From Flavobacteriaceae bacterium (GTDB taxonomy: Bacteria; Patescibacteriota; Minisyncoccia; Phycocordibacterales; UBA1006): 49,002 bases of DNA. The stretch is from positions 1-49,002 of the forward strand of contig JBLHIK010000002.1 of the NCBI GenBank assembly GCA_047614005.1, written 5' to 3'. The notes under the pieces are model-generated. The model was not told the origin of the DNA. It saw nothing but the letters and a program-made list of their open reading frames with translations, and searched no databases. Position 1 is the first letter of the stretch. Every line of letters starts with the position of its first letter. Both the position numbers and the translations under genes were made by a program. Below, piece after piece: positions 34,731 to 45,302 of this stretch.

Positions 34731-36482
34731 ATGTATATTCAAGAAGACAAGATTCGTGAGTTTATTATTGATAGTAATCTCATTACTCAAAAAGACTACG
34801 CAGTTGCTGAGCAAAAAGCCCAAAAAGGATCTCAGAGCACTCTCGAGATTCTTGTATCAGAAGGTATCATCTCGGACAATGATATGAGGCGTGTTCAGGC
34901 GTACGTTCTGGGAATACCCTTTATCTCACTCATGGGTCAGCATGTGGATTTTGATATTCTCTCACTCATCCCTGAGCCTATTGCAAAAGCCAACAACATA
35001 ATAGCCTATAAGAAAAGTGAACAAGGTCTCGAAGTGGCGATGCTCGAAGTAGGGGATTTACACGTTCTTGATTTTATAAAGAAAAAGGTAGGACTCAGAA
35101 TACTCCCTCGTCTTACTGACGAAGAAAGCTTGCGTGCAGTACTCCTACAGTACAAACAGTCCTTGCAGGCAGATTTTAATGACATCATTCAAAAAGAAGC
35201 AAAGGTGTCGATGAAGACTATTAAAGATGGAGAAGACGAGACAAGTGAAAAAGATCTTCAGCAAATGGCAGAAGATCTCCCAATCATCAAGATAGTAGAG
35301 ACTCTCATCTCTCATGCTATTTTGCAAAATACATCAGATATACATATAGAACCCGAAGAAAAACAACTCATCGTGAGATATCGTATAGATGGTGTACTCC
35401 GCGACGCCATGATACTTCCAAAAGATACAGCTCCTGGTATCGTGGCACGTATTAAAGTTCTTTCGAGCTTGAAACTCGACGAAAAGAGACTTCCTCAAGA
35501 TGGACGATTCAAGATAGAACAAGATGGACAGAAAGTTTCTTTCCGCGTCTCTACTCTCCCTACATATTATGGAGAAAAGGTCGTCATACGTATTTTGAAA
35601 GAAAACAAACAAGGATACTCTCTGGAAAAAATTGGTTTTTATGGAGAAGGTTTGGAAAAAGTGCACAAAGCAATGAATCACACGACAGGTCTCATCCTCG
35701 CAGCTGGACCTACTGGATCAGGTAAAACTACCACTCTGTATACTATGCTCGACATTCTTAATACCCCCGAGGTAAATATTTCAACAGTAGAAGATCCTAT
35801 CGAATATCAGATGTCACGTATAAACCAAACACAAGTAAAACCTTCCATAGGTCTTACTTTCGCAAATGGACTACGTGCTCTTTTGAGACAAGATCCAGAT
35901 ATTATCATGGTGGGAGAGATTCGTGACAATGAGACAGCGTCTCTTGCTATGAACGCCGCTCTGACAGGGCACCTTGTGCTCTCTACTATTCACACCAACT
36001 CAGCGGCAGGTGCTCTTCCTCGTATGATTGATATGGGTATGGAACCTTTTCTTATTGTATCTACGTTGCGTACGGTGATTGCTCAAAGGCTCGTAAGAAA
36101 GCTCAGCTCATCAAAAGAAAAATACTTTTTAAGCAAAGAAGAACTCGCTCATCTCGGCGAGTTGATAGATCTTCCTCGAATGCTCTCTATCCTTAAAGCA
36201 GAAAAGGTAGTAGGTCAAAGTGATACATGGGCAGAGATTCCTTTTTATAGAGCAAGAAAGACTGACACTCACAAAGAAGAATATTTAGGACGTATCGGTA
36301 TTCATGAGATATTGGAAATCTCTCCTACTATAAAGAATCTTGTAGTAGCCGGTGCTACTTCAGATGAAATACACGAACAAGCAAAAAAAGAAGGAATGAT
36401 GACAATGCTCGAAGATGGTATTCTCAATGCTGTTCAGGGAAATACCACCACAGAAGAGGTGTTGAGAGTTATTTCAGAATAG
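34731..36482 (+). CDS. pilB: type IV pilus assembly ATPase PilB (GspE family)
   Basis: T2SSE N-terminal domain, Walker A GPTGSGKTTT, and GEIRD. The ATG at 34731 is preceded by GGAG. The longer track ORF overlaps an upstream hairpin. Confidence 0.9.
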   Translation: MYIQEDKIREFIIDSNLITQKDYAVAEQKAQKGSQSTLEILVSEGIISDNDMRRVQAYVLGIPFISLMGQHVDFDILSLIPEPIAKANNIIAYKKSEQGLEVAMLEVGDLHVLDFIKKKVGLRILPRLTDEESLRAVLLQYKQSLQADFNDIIQKEAKVSMKTIKDGEDETSEKDLQQMAEDLPIIKIVETLISHAILQNTSDIHIEPEEKQLIVRYRIDGVLRDAMILPKDTAPGIVARIKVLSSLKLDEKRLPQDGRFKIEQDGQKVSFRVSTLPTYYGEKVVIRILKENKQGYSLEKIGFYGEGLEKVHKAMNHTTGLILAAGPTGSGKTTTLYTMLDILNTPEVNISTVEDPIEYQMSRINQTQVKPSIGLTFANGLRALLRQDPDIIMVGEIRDNETASLAMNAALTGHLVLSTIHTNSAAGALPRMIDMGMEPFLIVSTLRTVIAQRLVRKLSSSKEKYFLSKEELAHLGELIDLPRMLSILKAEKVVGQSDTWAEIPFYRARKTDTHKEEYLGRIGIHEILEISPTIKNLVVAGATSDEIHEQAKKEGMMTMLEDGILNAVQGNTTTEEVLRVISE

Positions 36483-36501
36483 AATTAAAATTAGCAAAAG
36501 A

Positions 36502-36532
36502 AGAAGAGAGAAAATTTCTCTCTTCTTTTTAT
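36502..36532 (+). terminator. hairpin plus T-run between pilB and pilC (terminator or attenuator)
   Basis: Stem AGAAGAGAG-AAAATTT-CTCTCTTCT followed by TTTT. Confidence 0.55.
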
Positions 36533-36584
36533 ATATAATTTGTTTTATACGTACAAATTAAGAAAATACGTTATAATAGAAGTA

Positions 36585-37808
36585 ATGAAGATGCAATACT
36601 TTGAATATAAGGCAAAAAATACTGCTGGAAAAATAATAACTGGAGAAAAGGAAGTCTCTGGTAAATCTGATCTCGTAGAAGAGCTTGCTCGAGAGGGACT
36701 TATTCCTATTTCTATTTCTCTTAAAAAGTCACGCTCGGGAGATATTGACCTTTCACACTTTAAAATGTTTCAAAGAGTAAAACTCTCTGAAAAGATTGTC
36801 TTTACCAGAAATCTAGGAGGGATGCTCACAGCAGGGCTCACTGTCAATCGCTCTTTAGATATACTACAAAGACAAACCACTAACTTTTATTTTGGTAGAG
36901 CTATCTCTGATATATCTGAATCCATACAGGCAGGAGGAACGCTCTCTTCTGGTTTGAAAAAATATCCAAAGATATTCTCACCACTTTTTGTGGCAATGAT
37001 GGAAGCAGGAGAAGAGTCTGGTTCTCTTCCAGAGTCTCTCGAACAGGTATCTATTCAGCTTGCAAAAGCTGCAAATTTACAGAGAAAGATCAAAGGAGCC
37101 ATGATGTACCCATCTATTATTATGGGTGCGATGTTTTTGATTGGTATTCTTATGATGATTTTTGTTGTACCTACTCTCACTTCTACGTTTCTTGATCTTG
37201 GTGTACAGCTCCCAGGTAGTACACGTCTTGTTGTAGGTATATCTGATTTTTTGAGAAACAACACGCTTGTGTTCCTTGTCATGCTTGCTGGTGTTATCCT
37301 TGGTATTAAATATCTCTTTAAAATCCACTCCGTCACTGTTGCCTTCCAAAAATTTATTGTAAAAGTGCCAGTACTCGGTACTCTTGTAAAAGAAGTTCAA
37401 ACAGCACAAACAGCACGAACTCTTTCCTCTCTTCTTTCATCAGGTGTCACAATGACAAATGCACTTGAGATTACAAAACGTGTTGTTCAAAACTATCACT
37501 ACAAAAGAGTAATTCAAAAAGGTATTGATTCTATACAAAAAGGTATTCCTCTTTCAGTAGAGTTCAAAGCACATAGTAATCTCTATCCTGTAATGATGGG
37601 GGAAATGATGGAGGTTGGTGAAGAGACAGGAAACCTCTCTAAAATGCTAGAAGATATTGCTGTGTTTTATGAAGAAGAGGTTGATAATAAAACAAAAAAC
37701 CTCTCTACTATCATAGAGCCTGTTCTTATGATATTCATTGGAGCCGCTGTTGGTTTTTTTGCAGTATCGATGATTACTCCGATGTACTCATTGCTCGATA
37801 ATATATAG
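36585..37808 (+). CDS. pilC: type IV pilus platform protein PilC (GspF family)
   Basis: Two GspF repeats with three TM segments, and YPVMMGEMMEVGEETGNL. The start is ATG 36585 or 36591. Confidence 0.9.
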   Translation: MKMQYFEYKAKNTAGKIITGEKEVSGKSDLVEELAREGLIPISISLKKSRSGDIDLSHFKMFQRVKLSEKIVFTRNLGGMLTAGLTVNRSLDILQRQTTNFYFGRAISDISESIQAGGTLSSGLKKYPKIFSPLFVAMMEAGEESGSLPESLEQVSIQLAKAANLQRKIKGAMMYPSIIMGAMFLIGILMMIFVVPTLTSTFLDLGVQLPGSTRLVVGISDFLRNNTLVFLVMLAGVILGIKYLFKIHSVTVAFQKFIVKVPVLGTLVKEVQTAQTARTLSSLLSSGVTMTNALEITKRVVQNYHYKRVIQKGIDSIQKGIPLSVEFKAHSNLYPVMMGEMMEVGEETGNLSKMLEDIAVFYEEEVDNKTKNLSTIIEPVLMIFIGAAVGFFAVSMITPMYSLLDNI

Positions 37809-37817
37809 ACATATATT

Positions 37818-38285
37818 ATGTATTTTTATAAAAAAAGCATTAAAACAGGTTTCACATTACTTGAAATTATTGCAGGTATTGCCATCTTGGGTATTATTGC
37901 AGCGGTAGGTATTGGTAGCTTGTCTGATTTTAGAAAAGAGCAAAATTTTACAGGAACAATACAAGAGACCTTGGCTCTTATTTCAAATACAAAAGAAGAC
38001 ACTCTGGGGTCTAGAGGAGATACAAACTACGGAGTGCACTTTGAAGAAAGCAAGATAGTCGTTTTTGAAGGATCGAGTTATTCTTCATCAGATCCTGATA
38101 ACAGAGAAACTCTTTTAGAAAACGACATCACTATAAGTGATATTAGTCTGACAAACAATGCCACAGAGATTGTCTTTGAAAGATTAACAGGAGATGTTGA
38201 TGAAGTTGGAACTATTACTATATCCGATATATCTGGCAATGCAGTTACTATTACTATTGAGAGGACAGGTATTGTAAATATATAG
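37818..38285 (+). CDS. prepilin-type N-terminal cleavage/methylation domain protein (candidate major pilin)
   Basis: KTG|FTLLEIIAGIAILGIIAAV, with Glu at +5. Confidence 0.8.
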   Translation: MYFYKKSIKTGFTLLEIIAGIAILGIIAAVGIGSLSDFRKEQNFTGTIQETLALISNTKEDTLGSRGDTNYGVHFEESKIVVFEGSSYSSSDPDNRETLLENDITISDISLTNNATEIVFERLTGDVDEVGTITISDISGNAVTITIERTGIVNI

Positions 38286-38288
38286 CGT

Positions 38289-38777
38289 ATGAATTTTCAC
38301 TCAAAAAAAACAAAAGCAAAAGGTGTTGTACTCATTGAAGTGATTGTTGCTGTGAGTATTGTCACTCTTACTGTGTTTGCTCTCATTCTCTCTGTTCAAA
38401 AAGCATTATCACTCTCAGGGCATGCACTCCATCAAAGTAGAGCCAGCTTTCTTATGCAAGAAGGTGTGAATGCTCTTTATATTGTGAGAGATACAGGATG
38501 GTCTACCATAGATGGGCTTTCTCTTTCTACTGACTATTACTTGGAGTTTATTGGTGGAACGTGGACAGCCACATCGAGCCTTCAGACAATAGGAAAATAT
38601 ACTCGTACTTTTCAAATATCAAATGTAAATCGCAATATTCTCACTGACGATATTGCAAGCATTGGTCTTGATGATTCAAATACAAAAAAAGTAGATTTGT
38701 CTGTATCGTGGAGTGAAGGAGGTGAAGCATACAATGAGGAGATGTCCTTTTATTTGATTAATAGTTTTTCATCATAA
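38289..38777 (+). CDS. pseudopilin / minor pilin
   Basis: KAKG|VVLIEVIVAVSIVTL, with Glu at +5. Confidence 0.7.
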   Translation: MNFHSKKTKAKGVVLIEVIVAVSIVTLTVFALILSVQKALSLSGHALHQSRASFLMQEGVNALYIVRDTGWSTIDGLSLSTDYYLEFIGGTWTATSSLQTIGKYTRTFQISNVNRNILTDDIASIGLDDSNTKKVDLSVSWSEGGEAYNEEMSFYLINSFSS

Positions 38778-38778
38778 T

Positions 38779-39297
38779 ATGTTGCAATCTCGCATGGTAA
38801 ATCAAAAAGGTTACACTCTCGTAGAAATAATAGTCTATGTTGTTATTTTTTCTTTTGTAGGAGTTGCTCTGATCAATGTACTTATAAACCTTACAACTAA
38901 TTTTGCCATAACTCGCATCAACAGAACATTGCAAGAAACAGGGACATCAGTATTGTCCCGCATAGAGAATGAAGTAAACAACGCATACACTGTTGATGTT
39001 GTTTATAGTAATCTCGGCGGACATCCTGGTGATTTGTATATATATAAAGATGAGTTTGAATCAAATACTCTTGTGCGTTTTTATATTGATAATGATGTGG
39101 TGTATATATCAGAAGATGATTCATTATTGGGGCCTTTGTCTTCATCGTCTGTAGATATTGATAATCTTATATTTGACCACATTGTCACTTCTCAAGGACA
39201 GGCTCTGCGCGTGAGCCTCTCTCTCTCTGCTTCGCAGGGAAGCATTACTCGTAGTGCTGATTTCTTTACTACTTTAATATTACGAGAAAGCTACTAA
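38779..39297 (+). CDS. pseudopilin / minor pilin
   Basis: NQKG|YTLVEIIVYVVIFSFV, with Glu at +5. Its start overlaps the end of the previous gene. Confidence 0.7.
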   Translation: MLQSRMVNQKGYTLVEIIVYVVIFSFVGVALINVLINLTTNFAITRINRTLQETGTSVLSRIENEVNNAYTVDVVYSNLGGHPGDLYIYKDEFESNTLVRFYIDNDVVYISEDDSLLGPLSSSSVDIDNLIFDHIVTSQGQALRVSLSLSASQGSITRSADFFTTLILRESY

Positions 39298-39298
39298 T

Positions 39299-41065
39299 AT
39301 GATACAAGCATTCAACAGACAAAAAGGAGCAGCAATGATTACTATGGTAATATTTTTTATCTTTGGATCACTTGCTGTGATGTTTGCTATTGCGCGGCCC
39401 GCACTCCAACAAATACAGTCATCGCAAACGCGAGTGCAATCTGTGTATGCAAATACTCTCGCTGAGAGTGGTTCAATGGATGCTTATTATCGTATTAATT
39501 CAGACATGACTATTGGCTCATCAGAGACCATTACATTAGATGGACATAGTGTTATTACAACTATCACTTCTCCCTCAGGTTCAGAGAGAGTGATTACTGC
39601 TGTTGCAGATGTAAAAAACCGTATTCGAAAAAACAATATGACTATGGGTAGAGGGATAAAAATACCTCTGACGATTACTGTCGTAACAGGAGCTGATGGT
39701 ATTGTAATGAATCAAAATTCTACAATAACAGGCGAAGCATATTCAAATGGAATTATACAAGGATCAAGTGGAACTACTATTACAAAAAATGCCTCTGCTG
39801 TATCTTCTTCTGCTCCTATTGTTGATATTATAAATAATATACCCCCTATTCCAACGACAAGCGTGAGAGTAGGTGATACTGCTTCTACTGAAGACATTGC
39901 TCAAAGCATTGGATTTACAAATACTAATCCTTTTATGAAATTGCAGTTTTATATGAAAAAAATAGGAAATCCGGGAGATAGGAGTGTCTATATTGTAGAA
40001 GATAATCTTGGTACTCCATCTACTACTGTACTCGCAAGTGGTGTCTTGTATAGTCGATTTGTTACTAATGACTATTTTTGGGTGGACGTTACTATGTCTC
40101 CTAATTTTACACCGAATATTACAGATACTTATTGGATTGTGATAGATGGTGGAGTCAATAGTAGTAATTATTATGAAATTGGTACAAATCCTTTTACTCC
40201 ACTAGGCAAGGCTCAAAGTGGTTCTTATGGAGAGAGCTGGGTAGACGTTGTTCCTTCAGGTATGGATATTGGATTTGCTACTATCTTGGGGACTCTTGAT
40301 GGGTCTATTACTGATATAGATTCTATTGGAGAAGATGGACATGCTCATACTATTACAGGTAGTAGTCTGGATACTCCCGCTTCAAATAACTTCTACTGCC
40401 AGGTAGAAATTGGAAACAATGAATCTTGTAATACTTCTCGCACTAATCCTGGATCTCTAAATAATCCTCTCTCTTCTGGAAATATACAAGAATTTAAAGA
40501 TGAAGCTGTTGCAGGTGGAACTATTCTTGTGCCATATACAGCACTAGTGAGCTCAAGTCTAGGGCCTAAAAAAATAGAAGGAGACCTTACAGTCAAAAAT
40601 GGTGTTACTCTGACTCTCACAGGAACAATATGGGTGACAGGTGATATTATCCTTGAGAACAATAGTATTATCAAGCTCGATAATTCTATCTATGGTGGAA
40701 CAGGTGGTGTTGTCGTTACTGATGGACAAGTTGATATAAAAAATAATGCATCATTGGAAGGTACAGGAACTACTGGGAGTTTCTTATTGCTCATTAGTAC
40801 AAGTAGTTGCGATGAGAGTAATATTCTTACTTGTGGTGGAGCAAATGCGATTGATGTTTCTAATAATACAGAAGGTACTATCTTATATGCAGAAAATGGA
40901 ACAGTAAGTTTTTCTAACAATGTTTCTACGACAGCAGCCTATGCAAAAAAACTATTTATGAAAAACAACTCAATGGTAACTGTTGATGGTTCCGTTAAAG
41001 ATGCTCGTTTCACAGGAGGATCTGATAGTCCATGGGAGCTAGATACATGGAGAGAGATAGAGTAG
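39299..41065 (+). CDS. large PilX-like minor pilin / candidate tip protein
   Basis: RQKG|AAMITMVIFFIFGSLAVMF, with no Glu at +5. The 560-aa extracellular part is G/T/N-rich and beta-helix-like toward the C-terminus. Confidence 0.6.
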   Translation: MIQAFNRQKGAAMITMVIFFIFGSLAVMFAIARPALQQIQSSQTRVQSVYANTLAESGSMDAYYRINSDMTIGSSETITLDGHSVITTITSPSGSERVITAVADVKNRIRKNNMTMGRGIKIPLTITVVTGADGIVMNQNSTITGEAYSNGIIQGSSGTTITKNASAVSSSAPIVDIINNIPPIPTTSVRVGDTASTEDIAQSIGFTNTNPFMKLQFYMKKIGNPGDRSVYIVEDNLGTPSTTVLASGVLYSRFVTNDYFWVDVTMSPNFTPNITDTYWIVIDGGVNSSNYYEIGTNPFTPLGKAQSGSYGESWVDVVPSGMDIGFATILGTLDGSITDIDSIGEDGHAHTITGSSLDTPASNNFYCQVEIGNNESCNTSRTNPGSLNNPLSSGNIQEFKDEAVAGGTILVPYTALVSSSLGPKKIEGDLTVKNGVTLTLTGTIWVTGDIILENNSIIKLDNSIYGGTGGVVVTDGQVDIKNNASLEGTGTTGSFLLLISTSSCDESNILTCGGANAIDVSNNTEGTILYAENGTVSFSNNVSTTAAYAKKLFMKNNSMVTVDGSVKDARFTGGSDSPWELDTWREIE

Positions 41066-41099
41066 TAGATGAAAAAAGAGAGCATGGTACAATAGCTAT

Positions 41100-41870
41100 A
41101 TGAAGAAAAAACGAAAAAAATATATTATTGGAAACTTAAAAATGAATCCATCTTCTAAAAAAGAAATGGAAAAGTTATTTTCTGGATCTCAAAAACTAGT
41201 AGCAAAACATTCATCCGTTGTTTCTGTCTCAGCCCTTCCTTTTATTTATTTAGATAAAGGTGTATCTCTCTCAAAATCTCTCAAAGTTTCAGCGCAAGAT
41301 GTATCTGCTTTTAAAAATGGTGCATACACAGGTGAAGTATCAGCTGGTCAGCTCAAAGATATAAAAGTTTCTTACTGTATTGTAGGTCATTCTGAGAGAA
41401 GAGAGGCTGGAGAAAGTGATAGAGATGTTGCTCTAAAGATACAGCTTCTTTTAAAGGCAGGGATAATACCTATCGTATGTATCGGCGAAAAAGAAAGAGA
41501 TCTTCAAGGTTTGTATATAAAAAATATTCGATTACAGATAAGACAGTCTCTTGAAGGGGTGCCAAAAAGTAAACTTAAAACTATTATATATGCATATGAA
41601 CCATTATGGGCTATTGGTAAAGATGCAGAACGTCCAGCGACCACAGAAGAAGCAGGAGAGATGATTCGTGTTATTCGTCGTGAACTTGCAGATATTGCAG
41701 GAGTACCTACTGGGAAAAATGCAGTAATGCTCTATGGAGGTTCAGTAAAGCGCACCACTGCAAAGGAGCTTCTCATGGAAGATGGTATTGATGGATTTCT
41801 CATTGGTGGAGCGAGTCTTGATGCACAACACTTCGCAGATATCTCTCATATTGCACATACATTAAAATAA
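41100..41870 (+). CDS. tpiA: triosephosphate isomerase
   Basis: GNLKMN, VGHSERR, AYEPLWAIG and YGGS. Confidence 0.95.
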   Translation: MKKKRKKYIIGNLKMNPSSKKEMEKLFSGSQKLVAKHSSVVSVSALPFIYLDKGVSLSKSLKVSAQDVSAFKNGAYTGEVSAGQLKDIKVSYCIVGHSERREAGESDRDVALKIQLLLKAGIIPIVCIGEKERDLQGLYIKNIRLQIRQSLEGVPKSKLKTIIYAYEPLWAIGKDAERPATTEEAGEMIRVIRRELADIAGVPTGKNAVMLYGGSVKRTTAKELLMEDGIDGFLIGGASLDAQHFADISHIAHTLK

Positions 41871-41877
41871 TTTTCAT

Positions 41878-42996
41878 ATGAAGCACATTAAAGAACTACA
41901 AAACCTTAAAGGAAAGAAAGTGCTCGTGAGAGCTGATTTTAATGTACCTTTAGGTGGAGATGGTGTTGTAGATGAGCATGAAGCTTTTCGAATAAAAAAA
42001 GGAACACAGACTATTGAGTTTTTGCGTGATAGTGGTGCTCAGATTATTATTCTTTCTCATATTGGGAGAGATCCAGAGGAGAGCTTGTCGCCTATTGCGA
42101 CATATTTGCAAAAGACTGATTTTCCAAATCTGAGATTCATTCCAGAGACATTGCCGACTGAAATAGCAATGAATGACGGTGATATAGTGATGCTTGAAAA
42201 TCTGCGTTCGGATGAAAGAGAGGTTCTGGGCGATGTCGCTTTTGCAGAAGAGCTTTCAAGATATGCAGATATATATGTCAATGATGCGTTCGCAGTCTCT
42301 CACAGAAAACACGCATCGATAGTAGGCATCCCCCAGTATCTTCCTTCATATGTTGGTTTTCAGCTAGCACTCGAAATAGAAGAACTACATAAAGTGTATG
42401 TTGCAGAAGCCCATCCTTTTTTGTTTATACTCGGTGGTGCTAAAATAGAAACAAAACTACCTCTCATCGAGTCATATCTTTCAAAAGCAGACACTGTTTT
42501 TGTTGCAGGTGCTCTTATGAATACTTTGTTTTACAGCAGAGGAGATGAAGTGGGAGTATCTGTCTTTGATGATGGAGATTATGATTTGGAAAATGTAATG
42601 AAGAGTGATTCACTCATGCTACCTTTTGATGTGACAATAGAAAAAGATACTCAATCGAGCGAAATAGAGCTTTCTGATATGGCTTCTGATATGAAGATTG
42701 TAGACATTGGGAGTGGTTCTCTAAAAGCTCTTTCTGAAAAGATAAAAGAGGCAGGTTTGATTGTGTGGAATGGACCAATAGGCTGGTATGAAGGGGGATA
42801 TGATCATATGACAAATGCTATTTTAGACATGTTGATTCAGAGCAATGCAAAAACTGTCATAGGTGGAGGCGATACCGTATCTCTTGTACAAAAGAAAAAT
42901 GTTGAAGATAGACTCACTTTTGTTTCGACAGGTGGAGGCGCAATGCTCGAATACTTACATAAAGGAACACTTCCAGGTATAGAGGCCCTAGGATAA
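41878..42996 (+). CDS. pgk: phosphoglycerate kinase (short, 372 aa)
   Basis: RADFNVP, LENLR, GGGDT and STGGGA. Confidence 0.95.
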   Translation: MKHIKELQNLKGKKVLVRADFNVPLGGDGVVDEHEAFRIKKGTQTIEFLRDSGAQIIILSHIGRDPEESLSPIATYLQKTDFPNLRFIPETLPTEIAMNDGDIVMLENLRSDEREVLGDVAFAEELSRYADIYVNDAFAVSHRKHASIVGIPQYLPSYVGFQLALEIEELHKVYVAEAHPFLFILGGAKIETKLPLIESYLSKADTVFVAGALMNTLFYSRGDEVGVSVFDDGDYDLENVMKSDSLMLPFDVTIEKDTQSSEIELSDMASDMKIVDIGSGSLKALSEKIKEAGLIVWNGPIGWYEGGYDHMTNAILDMLIQSNAKTVIGGGDTVSLVQKKNVEDRLTFVSTGGGAMLEYLHKGTLPGIEALG

Positions 42997-43000
42997 AAGC

Positions 43001-43408
43001 CTACTCTGTAATTTCATTACGAATAGAATCAGCGATGTTGTTCATGTGGGTATTGTTCTCGTATGCAAGATTGGGAAATCCTTTGAGATTGTCATCAAAG
43101 TATCGTGGAATGAGGTGAATATGCACATGAGGAATATCTGTTCCTGAAATAGAGATTTGTACATAGTCACAATTGAGAGCTTTTTTAATAGAAGGAATGA
43201 GTTTTTTTGCAAGAATAAAAATATCACCAGCAAGATCATCAGGCATATCTTGTACCCATACATAACCTTTTTCTTTTGGAATAATGAGAATATGTCCAAA
43301 AGACACAGGAAAAATATCCATAAAAGCAACAAAAGTATTATCTTCAAATACCTTAGTGCAGGACACATCTCCATCAATAATTTTTTCAAATACATTTTTC
43401 TCAGACAT
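43001..43408 (-). CDS. HIT family (histidine triad) protein
   Basis: HVHIHLIP triad and FMDIFPVSFGHILIIPK. Confidence 0.9.
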   Translation of the reverse strand: MSEKNVFEKIIDGDVSCTKVFEDNTFVAFMDIFPVSFGHILIIPKEKGYVWVQDMPDDLAGDIFILAKKLIPSIKKALNCDYVQISISGTDIPHVHIHLIPRYFDDNLKGFPNLAYENNTHMNNIADSIRNEITE

Positions 43409-43547
43409 ATCATTACTATATCATATTTTTTACACCACTCAAAAAAGGTACGAGGTCCGACCTCTCTCACTTGGCTCCATGCTTTTTTATTTTTTAGAGG
43501 TGTGTACGTGTTATACTTTTTTTGTGAACGAACTGATTGATAAAATT

Positions 43548-45155
43548 ATGAATGATAGGGGTCTGAGTGATGAGACATTGCGTGCTGATTTTCTCAATCC
43601 TGACTATTCAAAGCTACACGACCCATTTCTCCTCAAAGGCATGGCTGTCTCTGTAAAGAGGATTGTAAAAGCTCTTAAGAAAAAAGAACATATTATCATA
43701 TATGCTGATTATGATTGTGATGGAATACCCTCGAGTGTTCTTCTTTATGATTTCTTTACTTCTATTGGTCATGAAAATATAAGTGTATATATACCTGATC
43801 GAATGAAAGAGGGATATGGGCTACATATAGAAGCACTCGACAATCTAGCTCTCGAATATCCAAAAGCTCTCATGGTCACTGTTGACCTTGGTATCCGAAA
43901 CGTAGAACAAGTTGCTCATGCAAAGAGTATTGGTTTTGATATTATTGTAACTGATCATCACATCCCTGGTGAAATTCTTCCTCTTGCAGACGCTATTATC
44001 AATCCCATGCAAAAGGACTGCGACTACCCTTTTTCTTTCTTGTGTGGAGCTGGTGTGGCTTTCAAGCTTGTTTGTGCACTACAGGAAACTCTCAAAGATA
44101 CAGAATATGCACTCGATAAGGGGCAAGAAAAATGGCTTCTTGATATGGTAGGACTTGCAACACTTTCAGACATGGTTCCTCTTGTAGATGAAAATAGGAT
44201 TTTTGCATACTTTGGAATGCTTGTTTTAAAAAAAGGAAAGCGTGATTCTGTGCGTGCTCTTGCAGAAGAGTCAAAACTCAAACTCAATACTGCTACCGAA
44301 GAAGATATTGCTTTTACTATTGTGCCACGTCTCAATGCTCCAGGACGCATGACTCATCCAAGGGAGTCGTTCGAACTTCTCATATCTTCTGGAGATACTT
44401 CAAAGCTCAAGGCAAAAGAGCTTGATGCTCTCAATACGAAAAGAAAAAATCTCGTAACAAAAATAGTGAAAAATGCAAAATCACGTCTGAAAAAAAGAGA
44501 TATTGGAAAAGTCATCGTGATAGGTGATAGGGAATGGCCTGCTGGCGTACTGGGTCTGATTGCTCAGAAGATAACAGAAGAATACGATGTGCCTTCTTTT
44601 GTGTGGGGGACTGAAATTGATGGCGAATTCAAGGGATCATGTCGTGCTCCTCGTGATATACATCTCGTAAAGCTCATGGAAAAATGTAGTGATAGTTTTG
44701 TCCATTTTGGTGGACATAAGGGCGCAGGAGGATTTTCGGTGAGCGAAAATGCCGTGCACACTCTCGAGGAAGTACTCTCTGAAAATATTTCTTTTGCAGT
44801 AGAAATAGAGAAAGAAGATGAGCGTTCGATCTATATACTTCCTCTCGAGTACGTACATCGAGATTTTGTAAATCAGCTTCGAGCGATGGCTCCTTTTGGA
44901 GTAGGAAATGAAAAACCACTCTTTCAATGCTCGGGGCATATTCATAGAGTAGATACATTTGGAAAGACAAAAAACCACGCCTCTCTTTTTGTGAAAAACA
45001 GTACAGGAAATATTGTAAAAGTAATTTCTTTTTTTGCAGACGATAATGTACTCAATCAAAAAGAAGGAGATGAAATATCATTTCTAGCTCACATAGAAGA
45101 ATCTCATTTTATGGGACGAAGCGAAGTACGACTGTCTTTAGTAAAAATCTTGTAA
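43548..45155 (+). CDS. recJ: single-stranded-DNA-specific exonuclease RecJ
   Basis: DHH motifs DYDCDGI and VTDHH, plus the DHHA1 motif GGHKGAGG. The start is ATG 43548 or GTG 43524. The long track ORF from 43284 overlaps the HIT gene and is not credible. Confidence 0.9.
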   Translation: MNDRGLSDETLRADFLNPDYSKLHDPFLLKGMAVSVKRIVKALKKKEHIIIYADYDCDGIPSSVLLYDFFTSIGHENISVYIPDRMKEGYGLHIEALDNLALEYPKALMVTVDLGIRNVEQVAHAKSIGFDIIVTDHHIPGEILPLADAIINPMQKDCDYPFSFLCGAGVAFKLVCALQETLKDTEYALDKGQEKWLLDMVGLATLSDMVPLVDENRIFAYFGMLVLKKGKRDSVRALAEESKLKLNTATEEDIAFTIVPRLNAPGRMTHPRESFELLISSGDTSKLKAKELDALNTKRKNLVTKIVKNAKSRLKKRDIGKVIVIGDREWPAGVLGLIAQKITEEYDVPSFVWGTEIDGEFKGSCRAPRDIHLVKLMEKCSDSFVHFGGHKGAGGFSVSENAVHTLEEVLSENISFAVEIEKEDERSIYILPLEYVHRDFVNQLRAMAPFGVGNEKPLFQCSGHIHRVDTFGKTKNHASLFVKNSTGNIVKVISFFADDNVLNQKEGDEISFLAHIEESHFMGRSEVRLSLVKIL

Positions 45156-45183
45156 AAACAACAGAGTTTTTTTAAGTAAATTA

Positions 45184-45210
45184 TTGCAGGAGGTTCGACC
45201 TCCTGCAATA
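45184..45210. other. perfect 12-bp-stem hairpin ATTGCAGGAGGT-TCG-ACCTCCTGCAAT
   Basis: Read directly from the sequence. It shares the GGTTCGACCTC core with the hairpins at 43452 and 48237. Confidence 0.7.
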
Positions 45211-45238
45211 TAGTGGGTCTTACAAAATACTATTTTTA

Positions 45239-45272
45239 AAAACCCTTTTGCAATATGCGGAAGGGTTTTTTT
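45239..45272 (+). terminator. rho-independent terminator downstream of recJ
   Basis: Stem AAAACCCTT...AAGGGTTTT followed by a T-run. Confidence 0.7.
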
Positions 45273-45302
45273 ATTTTCTATAAACTACGCTATACTACAG
45301 AT

